From: Cyanobacteriota bacterium
GTDB lineage: Bacteria > Cyanobacteriota > Cyanobacteriia > PCC-6307 > Cyanobiaceae
Assembly: GCA_041181185.1 (NCBI GenBank)
Contig: JBEGQC010000010.1
Location: 28,039 to 92,038, forward strand
Length of the DNA stretch: 64,000 bases
Direction of reading: 5' to 3'
How positions within the stretch are numbered: the first letter of the stretch is position 1; the number at the start of each line of letters is the position of its first letter. The notes beneath the pieces were generated by a model. That model saw nothing but the letters and a program-made list of their open reading frames with translations. It made no database searches and had not been told where the DNA came from. Position numbers and translations under genes: made by a program. Positions 12,201-23,002 of the stretch are shown here, piece after piece.

Positions 12201-13876
12201 ATCTCCAGGCTCATGACCAACCGTTCGCGCAAGGGGTCGATGGGCGGGTTGGTGACCTGGGCGAAGCGTTGTTTGAAGTAGTCGTAGAGAAGGTGAGGTC
12301 GGTTGGAAAGCACCGCCAGGGGGATGTCATCCCCCATGCAGTAGGTGGGCTCTTTGCCCTGGGCGGCCATCTCCTCGATCACCAGCTCCAGATCTTCGGC
12401 GGTGAAACCGAAGGCGGTTTGCAGTTGCAGCAGCTCGAGCTCGCCCACGAGCCGTTCTCCCTTCCAGGGGCCTTGGGGGAGGCTGCGGCGGTGCTCCGCG
12501 AGCCAGGCGGCATAGGGGTGGCGCTCAGCCGCTTCGGCTTTCACCTCCCAATTGCGGAGCAGGCGACGCTTCAGCAGGTCGACCGCAAGCATTTGGCCCG
12601 GCCCCAGCCTTCCCTTTTCCAGGATTTGGCTCTCCTCGAGTTCCACCACTCCCGTTTCCGAACCCATGACGACAAAGCCGTCGCGGGTGATGCAGTAGCG
12701 GGCAGGGCGCAGGCCGTTGCGGTCGAGCGTTGCTCCCACCATGCGCCCATCGCTGAACACCAGCAGGGCGGGTCCATCCCAGGGTTCCTGCAGACAGGCG
12801 TTGTACTCGTAGAAGGCTCGGATCGCTGGCCGGGAGTCGAGATCCGGCTGGCCCTGATAGGCCTCGGGGACCAGGGTGAGCAGGCTGTCGGTGATGGGCC
12901 TGCCGCTGCGCACCATCAGCTCGAGGGTGGCATCAAGGTTGGCCGAATCGCTGAAAGCCGCATTCACCAGGGGACGAAGGTCGGCGGCGGCTTCTCCCCA
13001 GACCACTTCCAGGTTGGCCTCGGCTGCGCTGGCCCAGTTGATGTTCCCGAGAAGGGTGTTGATCTCGCCGTTGTGCCCGAGCAGCCGCATGGGTTGGGCC
13101 AGGGGCCAGCGCGGCAGGGTGTTGGTGCTGAAGCGGCGGTGATAGACGGCGAAATTGACGCTGAATCGTGAATCGCGAAGATCGGCATAAAAGCGATCCA
13201 GCACCTCTGAGCGCACCATCCCCTTGTAAACGAGGGTGCGGGCACTAATGGAGGCGAAATACAGCTCGGTGGTGCCGCTCCCCCACACCTCCCGCACCCG
13301 GTCGACCGCCAGCCGTCGCAGGCGGAAGAGCAGGGCCTCCACCGCGTCGACGTCATCGGGGACGCTCCTGGACGCCTCGGGGGCCTCAAGGAGCCACTGC
13401 TCAATGGCGGGGGCCGTCTGGCGGGCGAGGGGGCCAAGGACAGACTCATCCACGGGCACCGTTCGCCAGCCATGGCTGCGGAGCCCCAGCCTGCTCGCCT
13501 CCTGCTCGCAGATCTCTTTCGCCTGGCGGCGCCGTTCTTCGTCCTGGGGCATAAACACCATCGCCAGCCCCCTGACGCTCTCGCTGCTGATGCTCCCCAC
13601 CTCTGGCCAGACCGCTTCGAAGAAGGGCCAGGGGATGGCGGTGAGCAGACCTGCCCCATCTCCGGAATCCGCATCACCGCCGCAGCCGCCGCGATGCTCC
13701 ATGCAACGGAGCCCCCGGAGGGACTGCTGCAGGATCCAGTGGCTGTCCTCGCCCTCCATGTGGGCGATGAACCCCACGCCGCAGGCATCCTTCTCAACGC
13801 TCACCGCCTCGGGGGGCAGGCTGTCGCTCTGGGGCCATGGGGCTTTGGAGCGGTTGGCGTCGGAGGGAAGTGGCAT
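9245..13876 (-). CDS. glsF: Ferredoxin-dependent glutamate synthase (Fd-GOGAT), 1543 aa
   Basis: The N-terminal Ntn amidotransferase begins at [11 protein letters not shown]. The central and FMN domains follow ([45 protein letters not shown]). The C-terminal GXGxG-rich beta-helix domain is present. The single large subunit and its size are typical of cyanobacterial GlsF. Confidence 0.96.
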   Translation of the reverse strand: [1543 protein letters not shown]

Positions 13877-14035
13877 GGGCTGGTGTGGGCTACCGCTGCC
13901 AGCAGGTTGGCCTGCTGCAGGAGCGTTGGGAGCCCCTGTACAAAGTGTTCAATAAAGGATCCTAGGGAGCAGCACTCGTGCGCCGTTCACCGGGTCTACC
14001 TTTCTGGATGTGAGCTGGTTGGGGAGGAGGAGACG

Positions 14036-16006
14036 ATGCGCAAGCCGCTGGTTGGACTTGCCGCCCTCTGCGCCCTGACCACCGCCTGGCCGATCCCCCT
14101 GTCGGCAGGCCCAGGGCCAGGGCCAGGGGGCCTGCCGGCCTCCTTCCCCCCGCCGCCACCCCCCGTGCCCTCGCCGGTCGAGGCCGATCTGCTCACCCCC
14201 CAGGGGGGCCGGCCCCGCCCTGACGCAGCCATCCCTGGGGGGCGGGTCGATGGGGTCTTGGCGGGTCAGTTGTTGAGCATCCACGGCCTGCGCCAGCGGG
14301 CTGCCTGGCTCTGGTCAGGCCCGTCTGATCAACGGCCACGCCAGCTCTGGTTGCCGCTTGAGGTGTTGCAGGGACAGTTGGGATTTAGCAGCCGCACCCG
14401 GGCGGATGGGGTCTTGGAGTTGGAGTGGTTTGGCCGAAATCAGAGCGTGTTGCCAGCCCAGCAGAGGGCTCTGGCCGATGAGGTGGCGGTGGATGTGGCG
14501 CCCTTTCTCTCGCCTGATGGACTGTCTGCCCGCTTGGAGGGTGGTGAACTTCACCTGCAGGGGCCGCCTTCCCTGCTGCGTCGGGTGAGGGCCAGCGCTG
14601 CTCCGGCAGGCCGTCGCCGGGTGGTGTTGGATCTGAGCGCTCCGGCCGTGGTGCGCAGCGGAGAGGGTCGGATCTGGTTGGCGGTGCAGGTGCCCGATTC
14701 CCTCTCTGAGGATTTGCGTCGTTTGGGCCTCCAGCCCCGACGGGAGGGGGAGGGCTGGGCGTTTGTCGCCTCTGCCGCTCCCGAGCGGGTGTTCACCCTC
14801 GGCCAACCCGCCAGGGTGGTTCTCGACCTGACGGTGGCAAGGTCATCGTCGGCCACGGGGGCTGCCCCCTCCGGTCGCCCCGGCCTGGATCCCCGCCTGC
14901 AGGCGCTGCTGGGGTCGGAGGTGTTCTGGACCCAGGACGTGCGATCTCTTGGCGGGCGGCGGCTGCGGATCAACAGCGTGCGGATCGATCCCCAGAGCAG
15001 CTCCCTCGAATTGCGCAGCCTCAGCCGGGGAGCCGGCATGGAGGGGCTGACCTCCCTCCCCCTCCTGGCCAGGCGCTACGACGCCCTGGTGGCGATCAAT
15101 GGAGGCTATTTCAACAGGGTGCGCCGCCTGCCCCTCGGAGCCCTGCGCGATCAGGGACGATGGTTGTCCGGGCCCATCCTGAATCGCGGCGTTGTGGCCT
15201 GGGACCTTGGCACCCTGCCCCGTTTTGGCCGGCTCTCCCTCCAGGAATGGCTGAGCGATGGCAGCGGCAGGCCATGGCCGGTGGTGGCGGTCAACAGTGG
15301 CTACGTCCAGCGGGGATTGGCCCGCTACACCGCAGACTGGGGGCCGCAATATCGCTCGCTGGCTGGAACCGAGCAGGCCGTGGCCCTGCGTGACGGCCTG
15401 GTGCAGCGCCGCTACGACCGCACGGCTCTGGCGATGGGTGTGCCGCTGCTGCCAGGGGAGGAGCTGTTGGTGGCCCGGGGCAGCGCCCCTCTGCCCGGGA
15501 ACGCGGGGGAGCGTCTCCAGCTCACCAGCCGCCCGAGCAACGAACTCGGTTTGGCGGCCAATGTGATGGGCGGTGGCCCGTTGTTGCTCCTGGGGGGACG
15601 CGTTGTCTTGGATGGGGTGGCCGAAGGGTTCAGTCCCGCCTTCCTCCAGCAGGGCGCTCCGCGCACCGTGATCGGCAGTGATGGTCGCTATCTGTGGTTT
15701 CTCACCGTGGAAGGGCTGGACAACCAGGGGCCGACGTTGGCTGAGGTGGCTCGTTTGTTGCAGTCCATTGGCTTGCAGGATGCCCTCAACCTCGATGGCG
15801 GCAGTTCCACCGGTCTGGTGATGGGAGGCTTGCACACGGTCAAAGGCCGCGGCGTGACCTCCTTGGTGCACAACGGCCTGGGCTTGGTTCCCAGGGCGGT
15901 CCTCCCCACCGCCAGCCTTGCCCCTGCCTCCCCGACCGGCCCAGCCTCAGGGAGGGGTCGGCCTGCCGTCGCTGCGGAGGGTTCATCTCCAGCGGCGAGC
16001 CCTTGA
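14036..16006 (+). CDS. Secreted phosphodiester glycosidase family protein (DUF2233/NAGPA-like), with AMIN-like repeats in the N-terminal part
   Basis: ORF 13472..16006 trimmed to the ATG at 14036, which is preceded by GGAGGAGGAGACG. The signal-like N-terminus is MRKPLVGLAALCALTTAWPIPLSAG. The C-terminal domain reads YDALVAINGGYFN...PRTVIGSDGRYLWFLTVEG...LQDALNLDGGSSTGLVMGG, characteristic of phosphodiester glycosidase domains. The upstream part of the ORF is antisense to glsF. Confidence 0.8.
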   Translation: MRKPLVGLAALCALTTAWPIPLSAGPGPGPGGLPASFPPPPPPVPSPVEADLLTPQGGRPRPDAAIPGGRVDGVLAGQLLSIHGLRQRAAWLWSGPSDQRPRQLWLPLEVLQGQLGFSSRTRADGVLELEWFGRNQSVLPAQQRALADEVAVDVAPFLSPDGLSARLEGGELHLQGPPSLLRRVRASAAPAGRRRVVLDLSAPAVVRSGEGRIWLAVQVPDSLSEDLRRLGLQPRREGEGWAFVASAAPERVFTLGQPARVVLDLTVARSSSATGAAPSGRPGLDPRLQALLGSEVFWTQDVRSLGGRRLRINSVRIDPQSSSLELRSLSRGAGMEGLTSLPLLARRYDALVAINGGYFNRVRRLPLGALRDQGRWLSGPILNRGVVAWDLGTLPRFGRLSLQEWLSDGSGRPWPVVAVNSGYVQRGLARYTADWGPQYRSLAGTEQAVALRDGLVQRRYDRTALAMGVPLLPGEELLVARGSAPLPGNAGERLQLTSRPSNELGLAANVMGGGPLLLLGGRVVLDGVAEGFSPAFLQQGAPRTVIGSDGRYLWFLTVEGLDNQGPTLAEVARLLQSIGLQDALNLDGGSSTGLVMGGLHTVKGRGVTSLVHNGLGLVPRAVLPTASLAPASPTGPASGRGRPAVAAEGSSPAASP

Positions 16007-16074
16007 CGGTCGATGGGGCGGGATCCCCAAACCCCTGAAGACTCTCCTGCCAGACTGCTGAGGCAGCGCTTCCG

Positions 16075-16437
16075 ATGCCCGTGCCCAGGGGCCAGACCCT
16101 CCGTCTCACTTCGGCCGCCGCGGCTGAGCTCTGTCGCCAGGCTGCTGTCGCCGGGACACCTGGGATGATGCACCTTGATCTGCTGGCGGGCACGTGTGAA
16201 CAGTGGGTGCTTCGGCTTCGGGCAGGCCATTTGGCCGGCAGTCCGGTGGCTCGAGCCGATGGCATCACGCTCTATGCCCCCAACCACCAACAGGATCTTC
16301 TGGCCGGGCTTCAACTGGACTACCGGGGAGATCTCAGCGGCGCTGGCTTTGTGATGCGAGGGGGGGAAGGGATTCGCTCCTGTGCTTGTGGGGCCGCCTT
16401 CACCCCGCTGAAGGGGGGCTGGACCACGGGGAAGTAA
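16075..16437 (+). CDS. HesB/IscA-family iron-sulfur cluster insertion protein-like
   Basis: 120 aa. It has the family layout (LRLTSAAAAELCRQ..., ...LQLDYRGDLSGAGFV...) and a C-terminal C-x-C-G-x-x-F motif (SCACGAAF). Confidence 0.75.
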   Translation: MPVPRGQTLRLTSAAAAELCRQAAVAGTPGMMHLDLLAGTCEQWVLRLRAGHLAGSPVARADGITLYAPNHQQDLLAGLQLDYRGDLSGAGFVMRGGEGIRSCACGAAFTPLKGGWTTGK

Positions 16438-16503
16438 GGTGATGGATTGTCGTCAACGGTCGGACGTCCGACCACGATCCCCAGAGCAGTCCTCCGGCCC
16501 TCG

Positions 16504-16878
16504 ATGCCCACCATTCAGCAGCTGATCCGCACCGAGCGGCAGCGCCTCACGCGCAAAACCAAGTCACCCGCCCTGCGCGCCTGCCCCGAGCGGCGTGGCG
16601 TCTGCACACGCGTTTATACGTCCACTCCCAAGAAGCCCAATTCAGCGCTGCGGAAAGTCGCCAGGGTGCGACTGACCTCCGGCTTTGAAGTCACGGCCTA
16701 CATCCCAGGGATTGGTCACAACCTTCAGGAGCACTCTGTTGTGCTCATCCGTGGAGGTCGGGTCAAAGACCTGCCAGGGGTGAGATACCACATCATCCGC
16801 GGCACGCTCGACACCGCCGGGGTCAAAGACCGTCGTCAAGCGCGCTCCAAATATGGCGCCAAGACCCCCAAGGATTGA
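16504..16878 (+). CDS. rpsL: 30S ribosomal protein S12
   Basis: ORF 16447..16878 trimmed to the ATG at 16504. It reads [100 protein letters not shown]. Confidence 0.98.
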   Translation: MPTIQQLIRTERQRLTRKTKSPALRACPERRGVCTRVYTSTPKKPNSALRKVARVRLTSGFEVTAYIPGIGHNLQEHSVVLIRGGRVKDLPGVRYHIIRGTLDTAGVKDRRQARSKYGAKTPKD

Positions 16879-16920
16879 TCTGCCACCCGTCGTTTTCTCT
16901 CGCAGCCCTGCCCAACTTCC

Positions 16921-17391
16921 ATGTCCCGTCGCAACGCCGCTGAAAAGCGTCCCGTCCTTCCTGATTCCCAGTTCAACAGTCGTTTGGCTTCGATGATGGT
17001 GGCCAGGCTGATGAAGCATGGCAAGAAGTCCACCGCCATGCGCATCCTTTCGGATGCCTTCACCCTGATCAACGAGCGCACCGGTGGCGACCCCCTCGAG
17101 CTCTTCGAAACAGCCGTTCGGAATTCCACCCCGCTGGTTGAAGTTCGGGCCCGTCGTGTGGGCGGCGCCACCTACCAGGTGCCCATGGAGGTGCGTCAAG
17201 AACGAGGCACCGCCATGGCTCTGCGTTGGTTGGTGAATTTTTCCCGCGCTCGCAATGGACGCAGCATGGCCCAGAAATTGGCCGGCGAGCTGATGGACGC
17301 GGCGAATGAGGCCGGCAGCGCCGTTCGCAAGCGCGAGGAAACGCACAAGATGGCAGAGGCCAACAAGGCCTTTGCCCACTATCGCTACTGA
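16921..17391 (+). CDS. rpsG: 30S ribosomal protein S7
   Basis: [39 protein letters not shown]...[19 protein letters not shown]. It sits in the conserved str-operon position. Confidence 0.98.
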   Translation: MSRRNAAEKRPVLPDSQFNSRLASMMVARLMKHGKKSTAMRILSDAFTLINERTGGDPLELFETAVRNSTPLVEVRARRVGGATYQVPMEVRQERGTAMALRWLVNFSRARNGRSMAQKLAGELMDAANEAGSAVRKREETHKMAEANKAFAHYRY

Positions 17392-17496
17392 TCTCCTCGC
17401 TGAGTCGGATTCCCAGGGCAGATCCGACTCAGGCAAATCATCCACTCTGTAGAGTATCGCCCGCTTTTTCCCGCTACCTTCCCGGAGACGACCCCC

Positions 17497-19572
17497 GTGG
17501 CCCGCGCCTACCCACTAGATCGTGTCAGAAATATCGGTATTGCCGCGCATATTGACGCTGGCAAAACCACGACGACCGAAAGAATTCTCTTCTATTCCGG
17601 TGTGGTCCATAAGATGGGCGAGGTGCACGACGGTGCAGCGGTCACCGACTGGATGGAGCAGGAGCGGGAGCGAGGTATCACGATCACTGCAGCTGCGATC
17701 TCGACAAGTTGGAAAGATCACCGCATCAATATCATTGATACCCCGGGTCACGTTGACTTCACCATCGAGGTGGAGCGCTCCATGCGAGTGCTGGATGGGG
17801 TGGTTGCGGTTTTCTGTGCTGTAGGGGGGGTGCAACCCCAGTCTGAAACGGTGTGGCGCCAAGCAGATCGCTACAACGTGCCGAGGATTGTGTTTGTGAA
17901 TAAAATGGATAGGACTGGGGCTAATTTCCTTAAGGTCTACGACCAGATCAAAGACCGACTCAAGGCCAATGCGGTGCCGATTCAGCTCCCCATCGGCGCT
18001 GAGGGAGAGCTGAAGGGCATCATCGATCTGGTGCGAAACAAGGCCGTGATCTATACCAATGATCTGGGCACCGACATTCTGGAACAGGAGATTCCCGCAG
18101 ATTTAACAAGCTTGGCTGAAGAATGGCGGATGAAGCTCATGGAATCCGTTGCGGAAACGGACGAAGAACTGCTTGAAGCCTTCCTTGAAAACGGGGAACT
18201 GACTCAAGACCAATTGATGTCTGGCATCCGCAATGGCGTCGTTCACCATGGCATGGTGCCCATGCTGTGCGGCTCGGCTTTCAAAAACAAGGGCGTTCAG
18301 CTGGTGCTGGATGCGGTGGTGGACTACCTGCCCGCTCCTGTGGATATTCCTCCGATTCAAGGTTTGCTGCCTGACGGCACGGAATCCTCAAGGCCTTGCG
18401 AAGATGACGCACCCTTCAGCGCCCTGGCGTTCAAGGTGATGGCCGATCCTTACGGCAAGCTCACGTTTGTGAGGATGTACAGCGGCGTCCTCCAGAAGGG
18501 CAGCTATGCGCTGAATTCCACCAAAGGCAAAAAGGAGCGAATTTCCAGACTCATTCTGCTCAAAGCAGATGAGCGAGAGGAAGTTGATGAATTGCGGGCT
18601 GGTGATTTGGGTGCGGTGCTTGGCCTGAAGGACACCACCACCGGGGACACTCTCTGTGTCGAGAACGATCCCATCATTTTGGAATCCCTCTTCATTCCAG
18701 AGCCCGTGATCTCCGTCGCCGTGGAGCCCAAAACCAAAGGCGATATGGAAAAGCTCGGCAAAGCTCTCCAGTCGCTCTCAGACGAGGACCCCACGTTCCG
18801 CGTCTCCACCGATCCAGAAACCAACCAAACCGTGATCGCGGGGATGGGAGAACTTCATTTGGAGATCCTGGTGGATCGCATGCTCAGAGAATTCAAGGTG
18901 GAGGCCAATATCGGTGCTCCGCAGGTTTCCTATCGGGAAACGATTCGCAGTAGTGCGAAAGGCGAAGGTAAATTTGCCCGTCAAACTGGTGGCAAGGGCC
19001 AATATGGCCATGTTGTGATTGAGATGGAGCCTGGCGAACCGGGTTCAGGTTTTGAGTTCGTTAATAAAATTGTTGGTGGTGTGGTGCCGAAGGAATATAT
19101 CGGCCCTGCAGAGCAAGGGATGAAGGAAACATGTGAATCTGGCGTCATCGCTGGATATCCAATGATCGACGTGCGGGTCACCATGGTGGACGGTTCCTAC
19201 CATGACGTCGACTCTTCGGAGATGGCGTTCAAAATCGCCGGCTCCATGGCCTTCAAAGATGGCGTCAAGAAGTGCAATCCTGTTCTTCTTGAGCCGATGA
19301 TGAAGGTGGAGGTTGAGATTCCCGAGGATTACCTCGGCTCAATCATCGGTGATCTATCCTCCCGCCGAGGCCAGGTCGAAGGGCAATCCGTCGATGATGG
19401 GCAGTCCAAGGTCCAGGCCAAGGTGCCTCTGGCCGAAATGTTCGGCTATGCCACCCAGCTCCGATCCATGACTCAGGGTCGGGGTATTTTCTCGATGGAG
19501 TTCAGCCATTACGAGGAAGTTCCTCGCAACGTGGCTGAGGCCATCATTTCCAAGAATCAGGGCAAATCCTGA
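17497..19572 (+). CDS. fusA: Elongation factor G
   Basis: 691 aa with a GTG start. It reads [25 protein letters not shown]...[17 protein letters not shown]...[18 protein letters not shown], i.e. the G1-G3 motifs and EF-G domains. Confidence 0.98.
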   Translation: MARAYPLDRVRNIGIAAHIDAGKTTTTERILFYSGVVHKMGEVHDGAAVTDWMEQERERGITITAAAISTSWKDHRINIIDTPGHVDFTIEVERSMRVLDGVVAVFCAVGGVQPQSETVWRQADRYNVPRIVFVNKMDRTGANFLKVYDQIKDRLKANAVPIQLPIGAEGELKGIIDLVRNKAVIYTNDLGTDILEQEIPADLTSLAEEWRMKLMESVAETDEELLEAFLENGELTQDQLMSGIRNGVVHHGMVPMLCGSAFKNKGVQLVLDAVVDYLPAPVDIPPIQGLLPDGTESSRPCEDDAPFSALAFKVMADPYGKLTFVRMYSGVLQKGSYALNSTKGKKERISRLILLKADEREEVDELRAGDLGAVLGLKDTTTGDTLCVENDPIILESLFIPEPVISVAVEPKTKGDMEKLGKALQSLSDEDPTFRVSTDPETNQTVIAGMGELHLEILVDRMLREFKVEANIGAPQVSYRETIRSSAKGEGKFARQTGGKGQYGHVVIEMEPGEPGSGFEFVNKIVGGVVPKEYIGPAEQGMKETCESGVIAGYPMIDVRVTMVDGSYHDVDSSEMAFKIAGSMAFKDGVKKCNPVLLEPMMKVEVEIPEDYLGSIIGDLSSRRGQVEGQSVDDGQSKVQAKVPLAEMFGYATQLRSMTQGRGIFSMEFSHYEEVPRNVAEAIISKNQGKS

Positions 19573-19618
19573 TCTTCCAACCCCATCAACCCAATCCCTA
19601 AACCCCCGATTCTTTATC

Positions 19619-20818
<1,200 letters not shown>

Positions 20819-20833
20819 CAGGCCTACAGCCAG

Positions 20834-20861
20834 CTGGCGGGTGGGTCCTCCCACCTGCCAG
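20834..20861 (+). terminator. GC-rich 12-bp hairpin between tuf and rpsJ. It may be an attenuator, a partial terminator or a processing site, because no U-tract follows.
   Basis: ctggcgggtggg (20834-20845) pairs with cccacctgccag (20850-20861) with one G-U pair and the 4-nt loop tcct. It lies 16 nt after the tuf stop codon. Confidence 0.35.
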
Positions 20862-20913
20862 TCCACCTTCGAACCTTGACAATCCATCCCACCATTTGCC
20901 CTGGCCCATTCCC

Positions 20914-21234
20914 ATGACGTCCTCCATCCCCCAGCAGAAGATTCGGATCCGTTTGAAGGCCTTTGATCGGCGGATGTTGGATCTCTCTTGCGACAAGATT
21001 ATTGAGACAGCCGACCATACGGCTGCGACTGCAATTGGGCCGATTCCACTGCCAACAAAGCGCAAAATCTATTGCGTCTTGCGTTCGCCCCACGTGGATA
21101 AGGATTCACGCGAGCACTTCGAAACGCGTACCCATCGCCGCATTATCGATATCTACAGCCCTAGTTCCAAAACCATCGACGCCCTGATGAAGCTTGATCT
21201 TCCCAGTGGTGTGGATATTGAGGTCAAGCTCTGA
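20914..21234 (+). CDS. rpsJ: 30S ribosomal protein S10
   Basis: ORF 20896..21234 trimmed to the ATG at 20914. It reads [80 protein letters not shown]. Confidence 0.97.
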   Translation: MTSSIPQQKIRIRLKAFDRRMLDLSCDKIIETADHTAATAIGPIPLPTKRKIYCVLRSPHVDKDSREHFETRTHRRIIDIYSPSSKTIDALMKLDLPSGVDIEVKL

Positions 21235-21368
21235 GCGAGGGCGCGTTCCTGGGAAGGCGTTTCTAGGATGGAATCTGATCATTTCATCGAAGAGGTGTGG
21301 GGCTTGCTTCCACTTCAACGTGTGCTCAGCCCCGCCTTCTGGGTTGCCGTTCTCTCCAGGTGTTGCCT

Positions 21369-22037
21369 GTGACAGATTTTTCTGTGAGGGAACTGCCTTT
21401 GTTCCCTTTGCCTGATGTGGTGCTCTTCCCTCAGGAAGTGCTGCCTTTGCATGTTTTTGAGCCTCGCTATCGCATGATGTTGCGTACGGTGATGGCGGAG
21501 GATCGACGTTTTGGTGTCCTCCGTTGGGATCCGCAGCAGCAACGTTTGGCCACCATCGGTTGTTGCGCTGAAATCCTGCACTGCCAGGGTCTCGAGGATG
21601 ATCGCAGCAACATCGTCACCATGGGGCAGCAACGCTTTCGTGTGCTCAAAATCCTTCGCGAAACCCCTTTTCGCGTGGCCATGGTGAGTTGGATCGAAGA
21701 TGAGGTGTCCAACACCGTGGATGAACTTCAAGCCCTCACCCAGGAGGTCACCCAGGCCCTCCACGATGTTGTCGAGCTCACCGGAAAGCTCGTTGGCAAA
21801 ACCACCGCCCTACCCAACGATCTGCCCGATCTACCCCGGGAACTTTCCTTCTGGATCGGGTCCCATCTGGGAGGCCCAGTGGCGGACCACCAACAAGCCC
21901 TGTTGGAGATCACCGATACGGGGCAGCGCCTGAGAGAGGAACTCAGTCTCTTGGATCAAACGCGCCGCCAACTTGCGGCCCGCACCGTTCTGAAGGACAC
22001 CTTTTCTCCTCAGGATCAGAACGAGGCCAACGGGTGA
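21369..22037 (+). CDS. LON substrate-binding (Lon N-terminal) domain-only protein
   Basis: ORF 21297..22037. The likely start is GTG 21369 (VTDFSVRELPLFPLPDVVLFPQEVLPLHVFEPRYRMML...), and the LPLFPL...LFP...LPLHVFEPRY pattern is the hallmark of the Lon N-terminal domain. No AAA+ or protease domain follows. The start is uncertain. Confidence 0.75.
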   Translation: MTDFSVRELPLFPLPDVVLFPQEVLPLHVFEPRYRMMLRTVMAEDRRFGVLRWDPQQQRLATIGCCAEILHCQGLEDDRSNIVTMGQQRFRVLKILRETPFRVAMVSWIEDEVSNTVDELQALTQEVTQALHDVVELTGKLVGKTTALPNDLPDLPRELSFWIGSHLGGPVADHQQALLEITDTGQRLREELSLLDQTRRQLAARTVLKDTFSPQDQNEANG

Positions 22038-23002
22038 AGGCTCCTGTGGCAGGTCACCCGGTTGTGATCACCTTGCTGCTGCTTGTTGCCCTTGCCCTCC
22101 TTGTTGCTTTGGGGCTTTGGCTGCGATCGGCTCGGCGGTTTCGAAACTCCCAGAGTGTGGCCGAGGCCTATGACCGCTGGACCAATGACGCCCTTCTGGA
22201 GCGTCTATGGGGAGACCATGTGCACCTTGGCTATTACGGAACTCCCCCAAGGCCGAGGGATTTCCGCCAAGCCAAAGTTGATTTTGTGCATGAGCTCGTG
22301 CATTGGAGTGGTCTAGACCGCCTTCCTCCCGGCAGCACGGTGTTGGATGTGGGTTGTGGCATCGGAGGCAGTGCGCGCATCCTGGCTCAGGACTATGGCT
22401 TCGATGTGCTGGCCATCAGTATCAGTGAGGCTCAGATCGCCCGCGCCCGCGCCCTCACACCCCCGTCACTTGCGCCCCGCTGTCGCTTTGCCGTGATGGA
22501 TGCCCTTCAACTTGCCTTGGCAGAGGCGAGCTTTGATGCCGTTTGGAGTGTGGAGGCTTCCCCCCACATGCCCGATAAACAGCGCTACGCCGATGAGCTG
22601 TTGCGCGTGTTGAAACCTGGAGGGCTCCTGGCCCTGGCGGACTGGAACAGGCGGGATCCTGCCGATGGTGGTTTGTCGCCATTGGAGGGCTGGGTCATGC
22701 GTCAGCTGCTCGAGCAATGGGCCCACCCTGAATTCGCCAGCATCCCCTCCCTTACCGCCAACCTGTGCAAAAGCCCTTGGAATCGAGGGCTGGTGGTTGA
22801 AAGCGCCGACTGGACGACCGCCACTGTGCCCTCCTGGCGGGACTCCATCCTGGAAGGGATCCGACGCCCCATGGCCGTGCTTGGACTGGGACCCCAGGCG
22901 GTGCTCCAGGGCCTGCGGGAGACCCCCACCTTGCTGCTCATGGATTGGGCCTTCCGCCATGGCTTGATGCACTTTGGCGTCTTTCGCGCTCACCCGTCCT
23001 GA
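22034..23002 (+). CDS. Class I SAM-dependent methyltransferase with an N-terminal transmembrane helix (similar to tocopherol / MPBQ-type methyltransferases)
   Basis: The GTG start overlaps the upstream stop (GTGA). The N-terminus has the hydrophobic stretch VVITLLLLVALALLVALGLWL. It then reads AEAYDRWTNDALLERLWGDHVHLGYYG and carries SAM motif I, VLDVGCGIGGSARILA. The substrate cannot be assigned from sequence alone. Confidence 0.75.
   Translation: MKAPVAGHPVVITLLLLVALALLVALGLWLRSARRFRNSQSVAEAYDRWTNDALLERLWGDHVHLGYYGTPPRPRDFRQAKVDFVHELVHWSGLDRLPPGSTVLDVGCGIGGSARILAQDYGFDVLAISISEAQIARARALTPPSLAPRCRFAVMDALQLALAEASFDAVWSVEASPHMPDKQRYADELLRVLKPGGLLALADWNRRDPADGGLSPLEGWVMRQLLEQWAHPEFASIPSLTANLCKSPWNRGLVVESADWTTATVPSWRDSILEGIRRPMAVLGLGPQAVLQGLRETPTLLLMDWAFRHGLMHFGVFRAHPS

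Noticed and set aside
13938-13951. NtcA-like site GTA-N8-TCA in the glsF / glycosidase divergent region
   Set aside because: Only one half-site matches the GTA-N8-TAC consensus. On the glsF strand no TAN3T -10 element lies ~22 nt downstream, so it is too weak to call.
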